From: Methanolobus sp.
GTDB lineage: Archaea; Halobacteriota; Methanosarcinia; Methanosarcinales; Methanosarcinaceae
DNA length: 64,000 bases
Assembly: GCA_021767785.1 (NCBI GenBank)
Contig: JAASSR010000001.1
Coordinates: 7,745-71,744, forward strand
Direction of reading: 5' to 3'
Positions within the stretch are counted from its first letter, which is position 1, and each line of letters opens with the position of its first letter. Of the stretch, positions 41,056 to 50,143 are shown in pieces. Under the pieces are notes generated by a model. That model made no database searches, had not been told where the DNA came from, and worked only from the letters and a program-made list of their open reading frames with translations. The position numbers and the translations under genes were made by a program.

Positions 41056-41613
41056 TTGGTGATATGTGTGGTCAGGACTTTTGTTGCAGTTGACCTTCCC
41101 GGAGAATTAAATGTTAAGATTGCTGAAATACAATCAAAGTTCGATGATTTCAAATTCAAATTCGTAGATCCGGCGTTAGTTCATATTACCATGAAGTTTT
41201 TAGGTGAGATCCCAGAAGACAAGATCTCTGATGTATCCAGAGCACTTGATAATGTGAAATGCGAACCTTTTGAAGCAGAAATTAAAAAACTTGGTGTTTT
41301 TCCCAAACCCAAGTTCACAAAGGTTATATGGTTGGGATGTGAAGGGGACTTTGATAAACTCTATGAATCTATTGAACAATCTTTATCTTCATTCGAATTT
41401 GAAAAAAATCTTTATCGTTTCAGCGCCCATGCAACCCTTGCAAGAGTTAAATATCTTCCGAAAAAAAAGAAATCTGACTTTCTGGAGCTATTGGAAGAAC
41501 TCAAAGATGTCGATGTGGGTACAATGACGGTTGATTCAATAAAACTGAAAAAAAGTACATTGACCCCAAAGGGTCCTATCTACGAGACCCTTCACGAGGT
41601 CAGTCTCCGTTGA
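41056..41613 (+). CDS. thpR: RNA 2',3'-cyclic phosphodiesterase / 2'-5' RNA ligase (LigT/ThpR)
   Basis: Two HxT motifs (HITMKF and HATLAR); start uncertain (TTG 41056, GTG 41059 or GTG 41068, the last giving MVRTFVAVDLP). Confidence 0.8.
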   Translation: MVICVVRTFVAVDLPGELNVKIAEIQSKFDDFKFKFVDPALVHITMKFLGEIPEDKISDVSRALDNVKCEPFEAEIKKLGVFPKPKFTKVIWLGCEGDFDKLYESIEQSLSSFEFEKNLYRFSAHATLARVKYLPKKKKSDFLELLEELKDVDVGTMTVDSIKLKKSTLTPKGPIYETLHEVSLR

Positions 41614-41619
41614 TCAAAA

Positions 41620-42639
41620 TCAATTCATTTCATAGTCAGAAAATCCTGTTGAACGCACGATTCTTTTATCCGTGGTTATTATGAGACACTCGATATTGTC
41701 GGTATTCTCGATCATATCGAGTCCTTCATTTTCTCCGAGTATGAATACCGCAGTGGCAAAAGCATCTGCATCCATGGCACTATTGGCTATGACAGTCGAA
41801 CTTATAAGGTTCCCTGAGGAGTAGCCTGTTCTGGGATCAGCGATGTGTGATCTTTTTGTAGTATCATTGAAATAGCGTTCATAGTTTCCACTTGTTGCAA
41901 CTGCCCTATTCTTTATGTTCATAATTGTTACTGCATCTTCGTTTTTATCCGGGTTCTGTAGTCCTACTCTCCAGGGAGTACCATCAGGTTTTGTTCCTAT
42001 ATATCTTCCATCTCCACCTGCATTGACAAAACCTGCAACTATGCCGTCATTCAATAATGATTCGATTGCACTGTCAACAGCGTATCCTTTTGCAATCCCT
42101 CCCAGTGTGATCTTCATACCATCTTTCAGAGAGATATTGTTGTTTTCAATGGAAATGGCGGAATAATTTACCAGTTCGAGTGTTTCATTTATTTCATCGG
42201 GTGTAGGATCCTGGTAACTACCTCCCGGGCTGTATTTACTTGCCCATAGATCGAGTATGGGCTGGATGGATATGTCAAAAGCCCCCTGGCTTTTTTCAGA
42301 GTAATATTTTGATCTTTTGATCACATAGACAAGGTCAGGGTCAGCGTTATGGACAGATCCTTCATTGTTTAGCATGCTAAGCTCACTTTTATTGTCATAG
42401 TTGTTCATAACATCGTCAACATATTCTATTTTTTCAAAAGCTCTGTCCACAACATTCAATGCATATGTTTCATTATAATTCACCACGGCAATTGTTACAG
42501 TGGTATCCATCAGGCTTCTGGTTTGAGAGTAGATATTTTGTTCTTCTGTGTCGACTGAATTTATGTCAGCGGTATAATCTATCATTAATAATACTGTGAA
42601 AATCGCTATCAGTACAATGGCAACAGTTTTATAGTTCAT
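41620..42639 (-). CDS. apbE: FAD:protein FMN transferase ApbE, membrane-anchored
   Basis: 339 aa; N-terminal TM, AFDISIQPILDLW, GGIAKGYAVD and ATSGNYERYF blocks. Confidence 0.85.
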   Translation of the reverse strand: MNYKTVAIVLIAIFTVLLMIDYTADINSVDTEEQNIYSQTRSLMDTTVTIAVVNYNETYALNVVDRAFEKIEYVDDVMNNYDNKSELSMLNNEGSVHNADPDLVYVIKRSKYYSEKSQGAFDISIQPILDLWASKYSPGGSYQDPTPDEINETLELVNYSAISIENNNISLKDGMKITLGGIAKGYAVDSAIESLLNDGIVAGFVNAGGDGRYIGTKPDGTPWRVGLQNPDKNEDAVTIMNIKNRAVATSGNYERYFNDTTKRSHIADPRTGYSSGNLISSTVIANSAMDADAFATAVFILGENEGLDMIENTDNIECLIITTDKRIVRSTGFSDYEMN

Positions 42640-42745
42640 GCTGTATGAAAAGATATAACTAAATATTAAACTATGTACTGCTTAGAAGAAGGAATACAAG
42701 TTCCTTCTGTTATAGTTATCATATTCATCTGAAGGAAGTAGTAGA

Positions 42746-43150
42746 ATGAGCAATCCCAGCACAGGATCAAGTACGGGAACAAGTTCAAGCAAGGATAAAT
42801 ACCTTGTCGTCGCCCTTCATCAGCTAATGGAAGAATACGGTTGGAGAGGTATAGAGAAACACTTTGGTTTTGTGAAGCATCATGTTATTTACGTGAAACC
42901 AGGTTCTCCTCTTGATAAAATTGAACTTAAAGCCAATGTACTTGGCAATCACATGGATGTAGACTTTTTAGGGGTGACTCCTCAAAAAGGTCTTCTAGAT
43001 AAGGTTTTTGACTTTAATGTACGTGTAGTGAGAAAGTCATTCGAGATCAATAAATACGTTACGAATGACATGAAAATAACAAATGAGCAGGATCTGAGAA
43101 ACAACATAGTGGTTGTTATCAGACGGCTTGAAGAAGTAGCAGAGGACTGA
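42746..43150 (+). CDS. Hypothetical protein upstream of mmcA
   Basis: 134-aa ORF with Ser/Thr/Gly-rich N-terminus; I recognise no motif; 11 nt upstream of the cytochrome gene on the same strand. Confidence 0.4.
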   Translation: MSNPSTGSSTGTSSSKDKYLVVALHQLMEEYGWRGIEKHFGFVKHHVIYVKPGSPLDKIELKANVLGNHMDVDFLGVTPQKGLLDKVFDFNVRVVRKSFEINKYVTNDMKITNEQDLRNNIVVVIRRLEEVAED

Positions 43151-43161
43151 GGCGAATTATT

Positions 43162-44733
43162 ATGGCTAAATTGAACGCAATCCTCATTGGGATTCTTGTC
43201 TTGATGTTTGCTGCAGCCGGTGTTTATGCTTATCTTGGTTACAGTGGCAATGAAGCTATGTCCGTTCATTATATGACTGAGCAGAAGTGGTCTGACAGCT
43301 CATGTAGTGGTTGTCACGCAGGTGTATATGAGGATGTTTCCGAATCATATCATGTAGAACAGGATATGAAGAAATGGGCTTCTATCATTGATTATGGCGT
43401 TGATGTTGATAGCATTGATGAGGATATGATGGCTGTGACCTACGGACAGGTTCACCCCGGCGGAGGATACATGGCAGATTACGGTGTCGATATCGACTGT
43501 ATGATATGTCATGAACAGGTTGGTGGTTATGATTTTGAAGCACGTGCTGAAAGTATAGCTTCAGGTGAATTCGGGGAAGCCAACGACGCTGCAATTGAAG
43601 AATCCAGAGCAGAACTGCAGAAAGAGCCTCTTTATGTAGCAAGTTATATGCTTGATGTCCTGACACCTCTTCCTCTTGTAACTGAAGTGCACGATGAGGT
43701 GAATGGTGCTCCACGTAAAGCTCTTTGCGGAAGTAACTGTCATGCCAGTGAAATTTCGACAACAGCAGTCTCATGGACGCTCGAAGATTCTGCTTCTTAC
43801 GATGTTCATGATGATGTTGATTGTCAGGAATGTCATGAAACGGAAGAACACCAGATAGGTAGCCGTGAATACCTGTATGCTTCCGAACCTGCTTCCGGGA
43901 CAGGACACATGGATATTGAAGTTGGGGTGCAAGATTGTGATTCTTCAGGATGTCATGAGGGTATATCTCATGGTGGAATGGTGGATGCTCATCTTGAATT
44001 CCTCAGCTGTGAATCATGTCACATCCCTGCACTTCCGGGTACGGATACAATCGGAACTCCTGTCATAAAAGAATTCAGCTGGGCAAACGGTATCCGTGAA
44101 GATAAGGTATATGAATCAGAATTCACACCCACTCTTGGATGGTCATCAGGTGTTTATTATGATCTCCTGCCAACAGCACAGGAACGCAAAGAAGATTCCA
44201 TACTCAAACCATACAATGTGATTACAGGAATCTGGTGGGATGAAGGAATCAATGAGGGTATACTTGCAGATCCGAACACAAGTGCTGAGATTGGTGATCC
44301 GATCGCTCCCGCAGAAGTAAGTAATGCAGATTCAGACGGTGATGGTACTGTAACAGAAGATGAGATCCGTTCATATGATGGTGATGCTGATGGAACACCT
44401 GACTATCCGAATGCTATACTCAGGCATGTGAAAATGTACTATCAGATCAGTCATAACATTGCAGGTTCTGATGCAGGTATTGCAGATCCTCTTGAATGTG
44501 CGGATTGTCATGGTACATCAGCTTCTGAGACTCTCCAGAATGTTCATTTCGGTGAAAGGATAGATGACTGCTCCAGTTGCCATGATGTTGTACCGGTTAT
44601 TGACTGGAAATCACTTGGTTATGATACAGATCCGGCAGAGACCGATCCTCCAACAGATTTCGATGCTAATACCATTGAAGTGACGAAAGAAGGTGCGAAA
44701 CCAACTGAAGTGGAAAGGGAGCCTGCATTCTAA
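43162..44733 (+). CDS. mmcA: Membrane-anchored multihaem c-type cytochrome (MmcA-like)
   Basis: 523 aa; N-terminal TM; six CxxCH motifs (CSGCH, CMICH, CQECH, CESCH, CADCH, CSSCH) plus CGSNCH and CDSSGCH; immediately precedes rnfC as in Methanosarcina acetivorans. Confidence 0.8.
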   Translation: MAKLNAILIGILVLMFAAAGVYAYLGYSGNEAMSVHYMTEQKWSDSSCSGCHAGVYEDVSESYHVEQDMKKWASIIDYGVDVDSIDEDMMAVTYGQVHPGGGYMADYGVDIDCMICHEQVGGYDFEARAESIASGEFGEANDAAIEESRAELQKEPLYVASYMLDVLTPLPLVTEVHDEVNGAPRKALCGSNCHASEISTTAVSWTLEDSASYDVHDDVDCQECHETEEHQIGSREYLYASEPASGTGHMDIEVGVQDCDSSGCHEGISHGGMVDAHLEFLSCESCHIPALPGTDTIGTPVIKEFSWANGIREDKVYESEFTPTLGWSSGVYYDLLPTAQERKEDSILKPYNVITGIWWDEGINEGILADPNTSAEIGDPIAPAEVSNADSDGDGTVTEDEIRSYDGDADGTPDYPNAILRHVKMYYQISHNIAGSDAGIADPLECADCHGTSASETLQNVHFGERIDDCSSCHDVVPVIDWKSLGYDTDPAETDPPTDFDANTIEVTKEGAKPTEVEREPAF

Positions 44734-44745
44734 GGAGTTGATAAT

Positions 44746-46095
44746 GTGGAAATCAAAAAATTAGAGACATTGCCGGAAAAGATCATTATTCCGCTCAGAC
44801 AGCATAGAGGTGTTGTCTGTGAACCTCTTGTGAAGAAAGGTGACAGGGTTCTTATCGGACAGAAAATAGGTGAGAGTGAGGAATACTATTCATCTGCGGT
44901 TCATTCCAGTGTATGTGGAGAGGTTCTTTCAATAGAAGAATATCCTCATCCCGATGGGAACAAGGCGATGAGTATTATAATTAAGCCTGAAGATAGTAAT
45001 GATACTGTCGTGTTCTCACCTTACGAGAATATAAGGTCCGGACAACTTGCGGACTTTATTAAGGAATCTGGTATAGTGGAGCATTATGGAATGCCTACTC
45101 ATACTGTTCTAAGGCCAAAGGGAAAGAATATCGACACTGTGCTCATCAATGCCACATCCTCCGAATGGATCGGTGGAACATTCAAAACACCAAAAGAATA
45201 TGCATCTCAGGTCATCGACGCACTTAAGTTGCTCATGAAAGCGGCAGACGCTAAAAAGGGTGCTATTGTACTCAGAACCGATGACAAGGATTCAATTGCT
45301 GCTTTTGAAGGTATTGAAGTGGATAATAAAAGATTAAAGGTTGCACCTCTTGTAGGCAGTCGTAAAATGGGATATTATCTCAATGAGCAGAACTCGGACA
45401 TAGTTGTTCTGTCTCAGGAGCGTATTTTTGGTAAAAAGATCCTGAATTTCTTTACATACAATGTAACAGGAAGAAAGGTAGATATCGGCTGTGATCCTAC
45501 AGATGTGGGAGTTGCCATATGTGGTATTAAATCCGCTAAAGCTCTGTATGATGCAGTCCACGAAGGCAGGCCATTCTATGATACAGTTGTTTCGATAGAA
45601 GGTGTATCTGACCGGATGGAATATCTGCTTGTAAAGATCGGAACCCCTTTCAAGGATGTCATTGACCACTATGGTTTCACAGGTGAGATTGGTAAGATCA
45701 TTGCAAACGGTGTAAGAACAGGTGTTGCGCAATATACAGATCAGGTCCCAGTAACAAAAGGCACTACAAGGATATCTTTGCAAAGACCGGAAGAGGTCCT
45801 TACAGATGATTCTATAGAATGTATCCATTGTGCGCGTTGTGTGGATGTCTGTCCTGTGGAACTCATACCAAGTCGTCTTGCTGTAATGGCTGACCAGGGT
45901 CGCTTTGATGAATGCAGGCAGATACATATTGAGAACTGTATCGAATGTGGTGACTGTGCAGCAGTCTGTCCTTCCAAGATACACATACTACAGCTTATAA
46001 GGTACGCAAAGGATGCAATAGAGATGGCCTATGAAGACCTGCCGGCCAAGGAATCATCCAATCTCAAACTGGGTTGTGCCTGTGGAGGTGAATAA
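44746..46095 (+). CDS. rnfC: Rnf complex subunit C
   Basis: 449 aa; N-terminal barrel-sandwich GDRVLIGQKIG, two ferredoxin boxes CIHCARCVDVCP and CIECGDCAAVCP; GTG start. Confidence 0.85.
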   Translation: MEIKKLETLPEKIIIPLRQHRGVVCEPLVKKGDRVLIGQKIGESEEYYSSAVHSSVCGEVLSIEEYPHPDGNKAMSIIIKPEDSNDTVVFSPYENIRSGQLADFIKESGIVEHYGMPTHTVLRPKGKNIDTVLINATSSEWIGGTFKTPKEYASQVIDALKLLMKAADAKKGAIVLRTDDKDSIAAFEGIEVDNKRLKVAPLVGSRKMGYYLNEQNSDIVVLSQERIFGKKILNFFTYNVTGRKVDIGCDPTDVGVAICGIKSAKALYDAVHEGRPFYDTVVSIEGVSDRMEYLLVKIGTPFKDVIDHYGFTGEIGKIIANGVRTGVAQYTDQVPVTKGTTRISLQRPEEVLTDDSIECIHCARCVDVCPVELIPSRLAVMADQGRFDECRQIHIENCIECGDCAAVCPSKIHILQLIRYAKDAIEMAYEDLPAKESSNLKLGCACGGE

Positions 46096-46096
46096 T

Positions 46097-47113
46097 ATGA
46101 CATATACTATTTCAGCTCCCCCTCACAAGAAAACGAAACTTGATTTTAAGACATTGAATCTAAGTAAAATAATAGCTCTACTTCCGTTATGTCTTGCAGC
46201 GATATACTTCTTTGGTGTTCCCGCACTCGGGATCATAGTAGCATGTGTGTTAGCTGCTGTGGCAACGGAATTTGGAATACAGACCATCTTCAAACAGAAA
46301 GTGACTATAGCTGACGGACATGCAGCTTTACTCGGACTTATGCTTGCTCTCCTGATTCCGCCGGAAGCTCCTATATGGATCGCTATTGTTAGCGGTTTCT
46401 TTGCTATAGCCGTCGGAAAACATGTTTTTGGTGGCATTGGCTCTTACATTTTCAATCCTGTGCTTGTTTCATGGGTGTTTGTCAGAAGCGCATGGTCCTC
46501 GTACATGACACCTGTCTCTATTCCTCACGTAGGCCAGTTTTCCGATCTCTTTCTTGAACCCGGTGCAGGTCTTATGGTGGGTGTATCTCCTATATTGCTT
46601 ATCGGTGGTGTGTATCTCATATACAAGAGATATGTTGACTGGAGAGTGCCTCTTGCATTCTTTGCAACGATGGTGGCAATACCCCAGACTCTGTTGTTCA
46701 TTTCCGGTGTAGCTGCTCTTGTCAAAGAAGGTGTTCTCAATCCTTTGATGTATATGTCACAGTTTTTTGTCTTCCTTGAAATGAGTCCGGAACTGCCTTA
46801 TGCAATGATAGGTGCTGTATTCTTTGGTATTCTTTTCCTTGCAACTGATTCTCCCACCTCTCCGGTAACAAAGAGCGGCCGTATTGTCTATGGTATATTA
46901 TGTGGTGTGGTCGTTTTCATTTACGGTTACTTTGGCAACTATGTTGACGGAGTATTTTATGGGATCTTCCTTGCAAATTGTGTATCCTCATATATAGAAT
47001 TCAATACAATGCCTGCATCATTCGGAACGATGTCCCTGCCTGAAAAGATCTACAGGAATATCATGGATAAGATTCCTGCATCCATGAAATTCGAGGTGAT
47101 GGACAATGAGTGA
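46097..47113 (+). CDS. rnfD: Rnf complex subunit D
   Basis: Polytopic NqrB/RnfD-like protein; ATG 46097 (MTYTISAPPH) follows the rnfC stop directly; the track start at 46031 would overlap rnfC. Confidence 0.85.
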   Translation: MTYTISAPPHKKTKLDFKTLNLSKIIALLPLCLAAIYFFGVPALGIIVACVLAAVATEFGIQTIFKQKVTIADGHAALLGLMLALLIPPEAPIWIAIVSGFFAIAVGKHVFGGIGSYIFNPVLVSWVFVRSAWSSYMTPVSIPHVGQFSDLFLEPGAGLMVGVSPILLIGGVYLIYKRYVDWRVPLAFFATMVAIPQTLLFISGVAALVKEGVLNPLMYMSQFFVFLEMSPELPYAMIGAVFFGILFLATDSPTSPVTKSGRIVYGILCGVVVFIYGYFGNYVDGVFYGIFLANCVSSYIEFNTMPASFGTMSLPEKIYRNIMDKIPASMKFEVMDNE

Positions 47114-47675
47114 TTCTACTAAGGCAACGATTGTGGTCATAGGAAAACTTGTCCTAATATCCGTTGTAGCTGCTTTATTGTTAGGTCTTACATATGTTCC
47201 TACAAATGAACAGCTCAAGCAAAATGAAGCAAATGCCAAAAAAGAAATATTGTCTGAGCTGATTCCCGAGGCAAATACATTTGAAGAAGTTTATGGTGAT
47301 GAGGTTAATGAGGACGGTGACCCTGTTGTACTTTACTATCGTGCTCTTGATTCTTCAGGTAACATAATAGGTTATGCCTTCTTCAAGGAACACGCAGGTG
47401 CTCAGGGTCCCATTGTAGTTGCCGGCGGTGTTGATTCTAGTTTTTCAACATTCTATGGCATGGATGTCCTGAGTCATGAAGAAACTCCCGGATTGGGAGA
47501 CAAAATCACAAAAGAACCGTTCCAGAGTCAGTTTGAAGGTATTTCGGTTTCATCACTGAGCCTTTCCAGTTCCGGAGGTTCCATCGATGCCATTACCGGT
47601 GCAACGATATCCTCACAGGCTGTGGTTGATGCCCTAAATACGAAAATATCTTCAATAGAAGAGGCGGAGGAATGA
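47106..47675 (+). CDS. rnfG: Rnf complex subunit G
   Basis: 189 aa; N-terminal TM and FMN-binding domain with flavinylation motif DAITGATISS (Thr167). Confidence 0.85.
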   Translation: MSDSTKATIVVIGKLVLISVVAALLLGLTYVPTNEQLKQNEANAKKEILSELIPEANTFEEVYGDEVNEDGDPVVLYYRALDSSGNIIGYAFFKEHAGAQGPIVVAGGVDSSFSTFYGMDVLSHEETPGLGDKITKEPFQSQFEGISVSSLSLSSSGGSIDAITGATISSQAVVDALNTKISSIEEAEE

Positions 47676-47679
47676 TATT

Positions 47680-48294
47680 ATGGATCCTTTGAGTGAATAT
47701 ATTCGCGGTATTACAAGAGACAACCCGATCTTCGGACTTGTTCTGGGCCTCTGCCCTACACTGGCAGTGACCACATCAGTAGAGAACGCGATCGGTATGT
47801 CAGCAGGTACAGCATTTGTGCTTGTATGTTCGAACGTTTTCGTTTCAGCCTTACGTAAACAGATCCCATCGGCTGTAAGACTTCCGATATTCATTATCAT
47901 TATAGCGACCTTTGTGTCGATAGTAAAAATGGTAATGCAGGCATATTTCCCGCCTATGTATGCGGCTTTAGGTGTATTCATCCCCCTTATTGTAGTAAAC
48001 TGTGTGATTATTGGTCGTGCCGAAGCATATGCTAATAAGAACAATGTGTTCTATTCGTTCATAGATGGCCTTGGTATATCCACAGGTTTCCTGCTTGTAT
48101 TGATGCTTATTGGGGGAATAAGGGAAATTCTCGGTACCGGACAGATAGTAACATTCGATTACACTCTGATCACCTTGCCTGTAAATCCTTCAGTTACTAC
48201 AATGATATTGCCTCCAGGAGCTTTCCTTACAATAGGAGGATTGATGGCTATCGTGAATTATCAGAGAGCAAAGAAGAGAGCAAAGGGTGGTTAA
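47680..48294 (+). CDS. rnfE: Rnf complex subunit E
   Basis: 204 aa; NPIFGLVLGLCPTLAVTT and IPLIVVNCVIIGRAEA, typical of the RnfE/NqrD family. Confidence 0.9.
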   Translation: MDPLSEYIRGITRDNPIFGLVLGLCPTLAVTTSVENAIGMSAGTAFVLVCSNVFVSALRKQIPSAVRLPIFIIIIATFVSIVKMVMQAYFPPMYAALGVFIPLIVVNCVIIGRAEAYANKNNVFYSFIDGLGISTGFLLVLMLIGGIREILGTGQIVTFDYTLITLPVNPSVTTMILPPGAFLTIGGLMAIVNYQRAKKRAKGG

Positions 48295-48295
48295 A

Positions 48296-48883
48296 ATGGT
48301 AGAAAAAGCATTATTTGCCATCTTAATGGATGGTATTTTTATTAAGAACTTCCTGCTAATCCAGTTCCTTGGTCTATGTTCCTTTGTGGGTGTTACCAAG
48401 GACGTAAAAAGTGCTGCAGGAATGTCCGGAGCAGTCATTTTTGTCATGACGATGGCATCTATTGTATCGTACATAGTTTATACATACATCTTAAAGCCTA
48501 CAAATATGGAATTCCTTGATCTGATCAGCTTTATTGTTGTGATAGCAGCATTGGTCCAGCTTGTGGAGTTCATTGTCAGGAAGAATATCCCTTCACTCTA
48601 TCGGTCACTTGGTATTTATCTGCCACTTATTACCACGAACTGTGCAGTATTGGGTGTAGTATTGCTGAGTGTAAATTCCACATACAACTTTGTTCAGAGC
48701 GTTGTATTCGGTATCGCGGCAGGCATTGGTTTTGCTATTGTAATGCTAATGATGTCTGCGATCAGAGAACGTTCAACTTTTGTTAGTGTCCCTTCCTCTA
48801 TAAGGGGGCTTCCACAGGCATTCTTTATCGCAACAATGTTGTCTATGGCCTTTGTAAATTACTTCTGGGTGATTCCTATATGA
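48296..48883 (+). CDS. rnfA: Rnf complex subunit A
   Basis: NFLLIQFLGLCSFVGVT and LPLITTNCAVLGV motifs of RnfA/NqrE; alternative GTG start at 48287. Confidence 0.9.
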   Translation: MVEKALFAILMDGIFIKNFLLIQFLGLCSFVGVTKDVKSAAGMSGAVIFVMTMASIVSYIVYTYILKPTNMEFLDLISFIVVIAALVQLVEFIVRKNIPSLYRSLGIYLPLITTNCAVLGVVLLSVNSTYNFVQSVVFGIAAGIGFAIVMLMMSAIRERSTFVSVPSSIRGLPQAFFIATMLSMAFVNYFWVIPI

Positions 48884-49680
48884 GCGAGCTAGTTACTTTA
48901 CTTATTCAGGCCACAGCTATTCTTGGTGGTCTTGGACTGGCTGTTGGTATCATGCTTATTGCGGCATCAAAGAAGTTCAAGGTAGAGACAAATCCTCTTG
49001 TTGATGAGATTCTGGAAGTCCTTCCCGGAGCTAATTGTGGAGCCTGTGGTTTTGCAGGTTGTGCAGACTTTGCGGAGCGTGTTGTGAATGAAGGCGCGCC
49101 TATTACAGGTTGTCCGGTTGGTGGCTTTGAAGTTGCCAAGGAAATTGGAGGAATAGTAGGACAGGAAGTATCTGAAGGCGAGGAGCAGTACCCTTTTGTC
49201 AGGTGCAACGGCGGTGTCAATTGTGTTGACCGCTTTGATTACGTTGGCTTTGAGGACTGTAAGGCCGTTATGATGCTTTCTGATGGTGAAAAAGGTTGTA
49301 ATTACGGATGTATGGGCAGAGGAACATGTGTACGTGCATGTCCTTTTGATGCTCTTTCCATCGGAGAGGATCGTCTACCTCATGTGAACAAGAATCTCTG
49401 TACAAGCTGCGGACTCTGTATTGCTTCCTGTCCAAATGACATTCTGGTATTTGCAAATGAAACAGAAAAGGTACATGTACTTTGTATGTCACATGATAAA
49501 GGTAAGGCAGTTAAAGCATCATGTACCGTGGGTTGTATCGGCTGTAAGATATGTGAGAAGAACTGTCCGGAGGATGCCATCAAAGTTACCAATTTCCTGG
49601 CGGAGATTGATCAGGACAAGTGTACAGCATGTGGGATATGTGTGGAGAAATGTCCGCAGAATACTATTGCTATAAGGTGA
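48880..49680 (+). CDS. rnfB: Rnf complex subunit B (polyferredoxin type)
   Basis: N-terminal TM, CGACGFAGC cluster, then multiple CxxCxxCxxxCP ferredoxin boxes. Confidence 0.85.
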   Translation: MSELVTLLIQATAILGGLGLAVGIMLIAASKKFKVETNPLVDEILEVLPGANCGACGFAGCADFAERVVNEGAPITGCPVGGFEVAKEIGGIVGQEVSEGEEQYPFVRCNGGVNCVDRFDYVGFEDCKAVMMLSDGEKGCNYGCMGRGTCVRACPFDALSIGEDRLPHVNKNLCTSCGLCIASCPNDILVFANETEKVHVLCMSHDKGKAVKASCTVGCIGCKICEKNCPEDAIKVTNFLAEIDQDKCTACGICVEKCPQNTIAIR

Positions 49681-49684
49681 TCAT

Positions 49685-50017
49685 ATGACGTATAAGACAA
49701 AATTAGGTCTGGATGAGAATATCGTGGCAGCACTTAGCTACTTGCTCTTCTGGATCACAGGGATAATCTTTTTGCTCATTGAGCAGGACAATAAGTTTGT
49801 CAGATTTCATGCAATGCAGTCATTGTTGATTTTCCTTCCGCTTTCCCTGCTGGTATTTGTGGTTGCATGGATACCCTACATTGGGTGGATTATAGCTGAT
49901 TTCCTTGGATTTGCTGCACTTTTCTTCATACTGGTGCTTGTTATAATGGCATACAGAGGTGTACTGCTTAAGATTCCTTTTGTAGGCGATTATGCTTACA
50001 GGATGGTCTATCAGTAA
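49685..50017 (+). CDS. DUF4870-like small membrane protein, terminal gene of the rnf cluster
   Basis: 110 aa; ENIVAALSYLLFWITGIIFLLIE...FVRFHAMQSLL pattern; 4 nt after rnfB. Confidence 0.5.
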   Translation: MTYKTKLGLDENIVAALSYLLFWITGIIFLLIEQDNKFVRFHAMQSLLIFLPLSLLVFVVAWIPYIGWIIADFLGFAALFFILVLVIMAYRGVLLKIPFVGDYAYRMVYQ

Positions 50018-50030
50018 ATTATATTTTAAT

Positions 50031-50061
50031 AGCAGGAACTTCTTTTGAGGGAATTCCTGCT
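50031..50061 (+). terminator. Hairpin after the rnf cluster
   Basis: AGCAGGAA ... TTCCTGCT 8-bp stem followed by a T-rich tract; a TATA-like TTTTATATTTA follows at 50066..50076. Confidence 0.4.
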
Positions 50062-50143
50062 GATCTTTTATATTTACGAAAACTTAAAAAACTACATCTT
50101 CCTATTATTGCAGATAAGCATTCTTTTATTCGGAGGGTTTGAA

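Noticed and set aside
45334-45984. A 216-aa ORF antisense to rnfC
   Set aside because: It is fully contained in rnfC on the opposite strand and has no recognisable features.
46031-46096. Upstream extension of rnfD overlapping the end of rnfC
   Set aside because: ATG 46097 follows the rnfC stop directly and gives a typical RnfD N-terminus. The extension has no support.
50045-50143. N-terminal extension of RFC from TTG 50045, as listed in the ORF track
   Set aside because: It would translate across the terminator hairpin and TATA-like element of the preceding intergenic region and add a non-conserved hydrophobic peptide.
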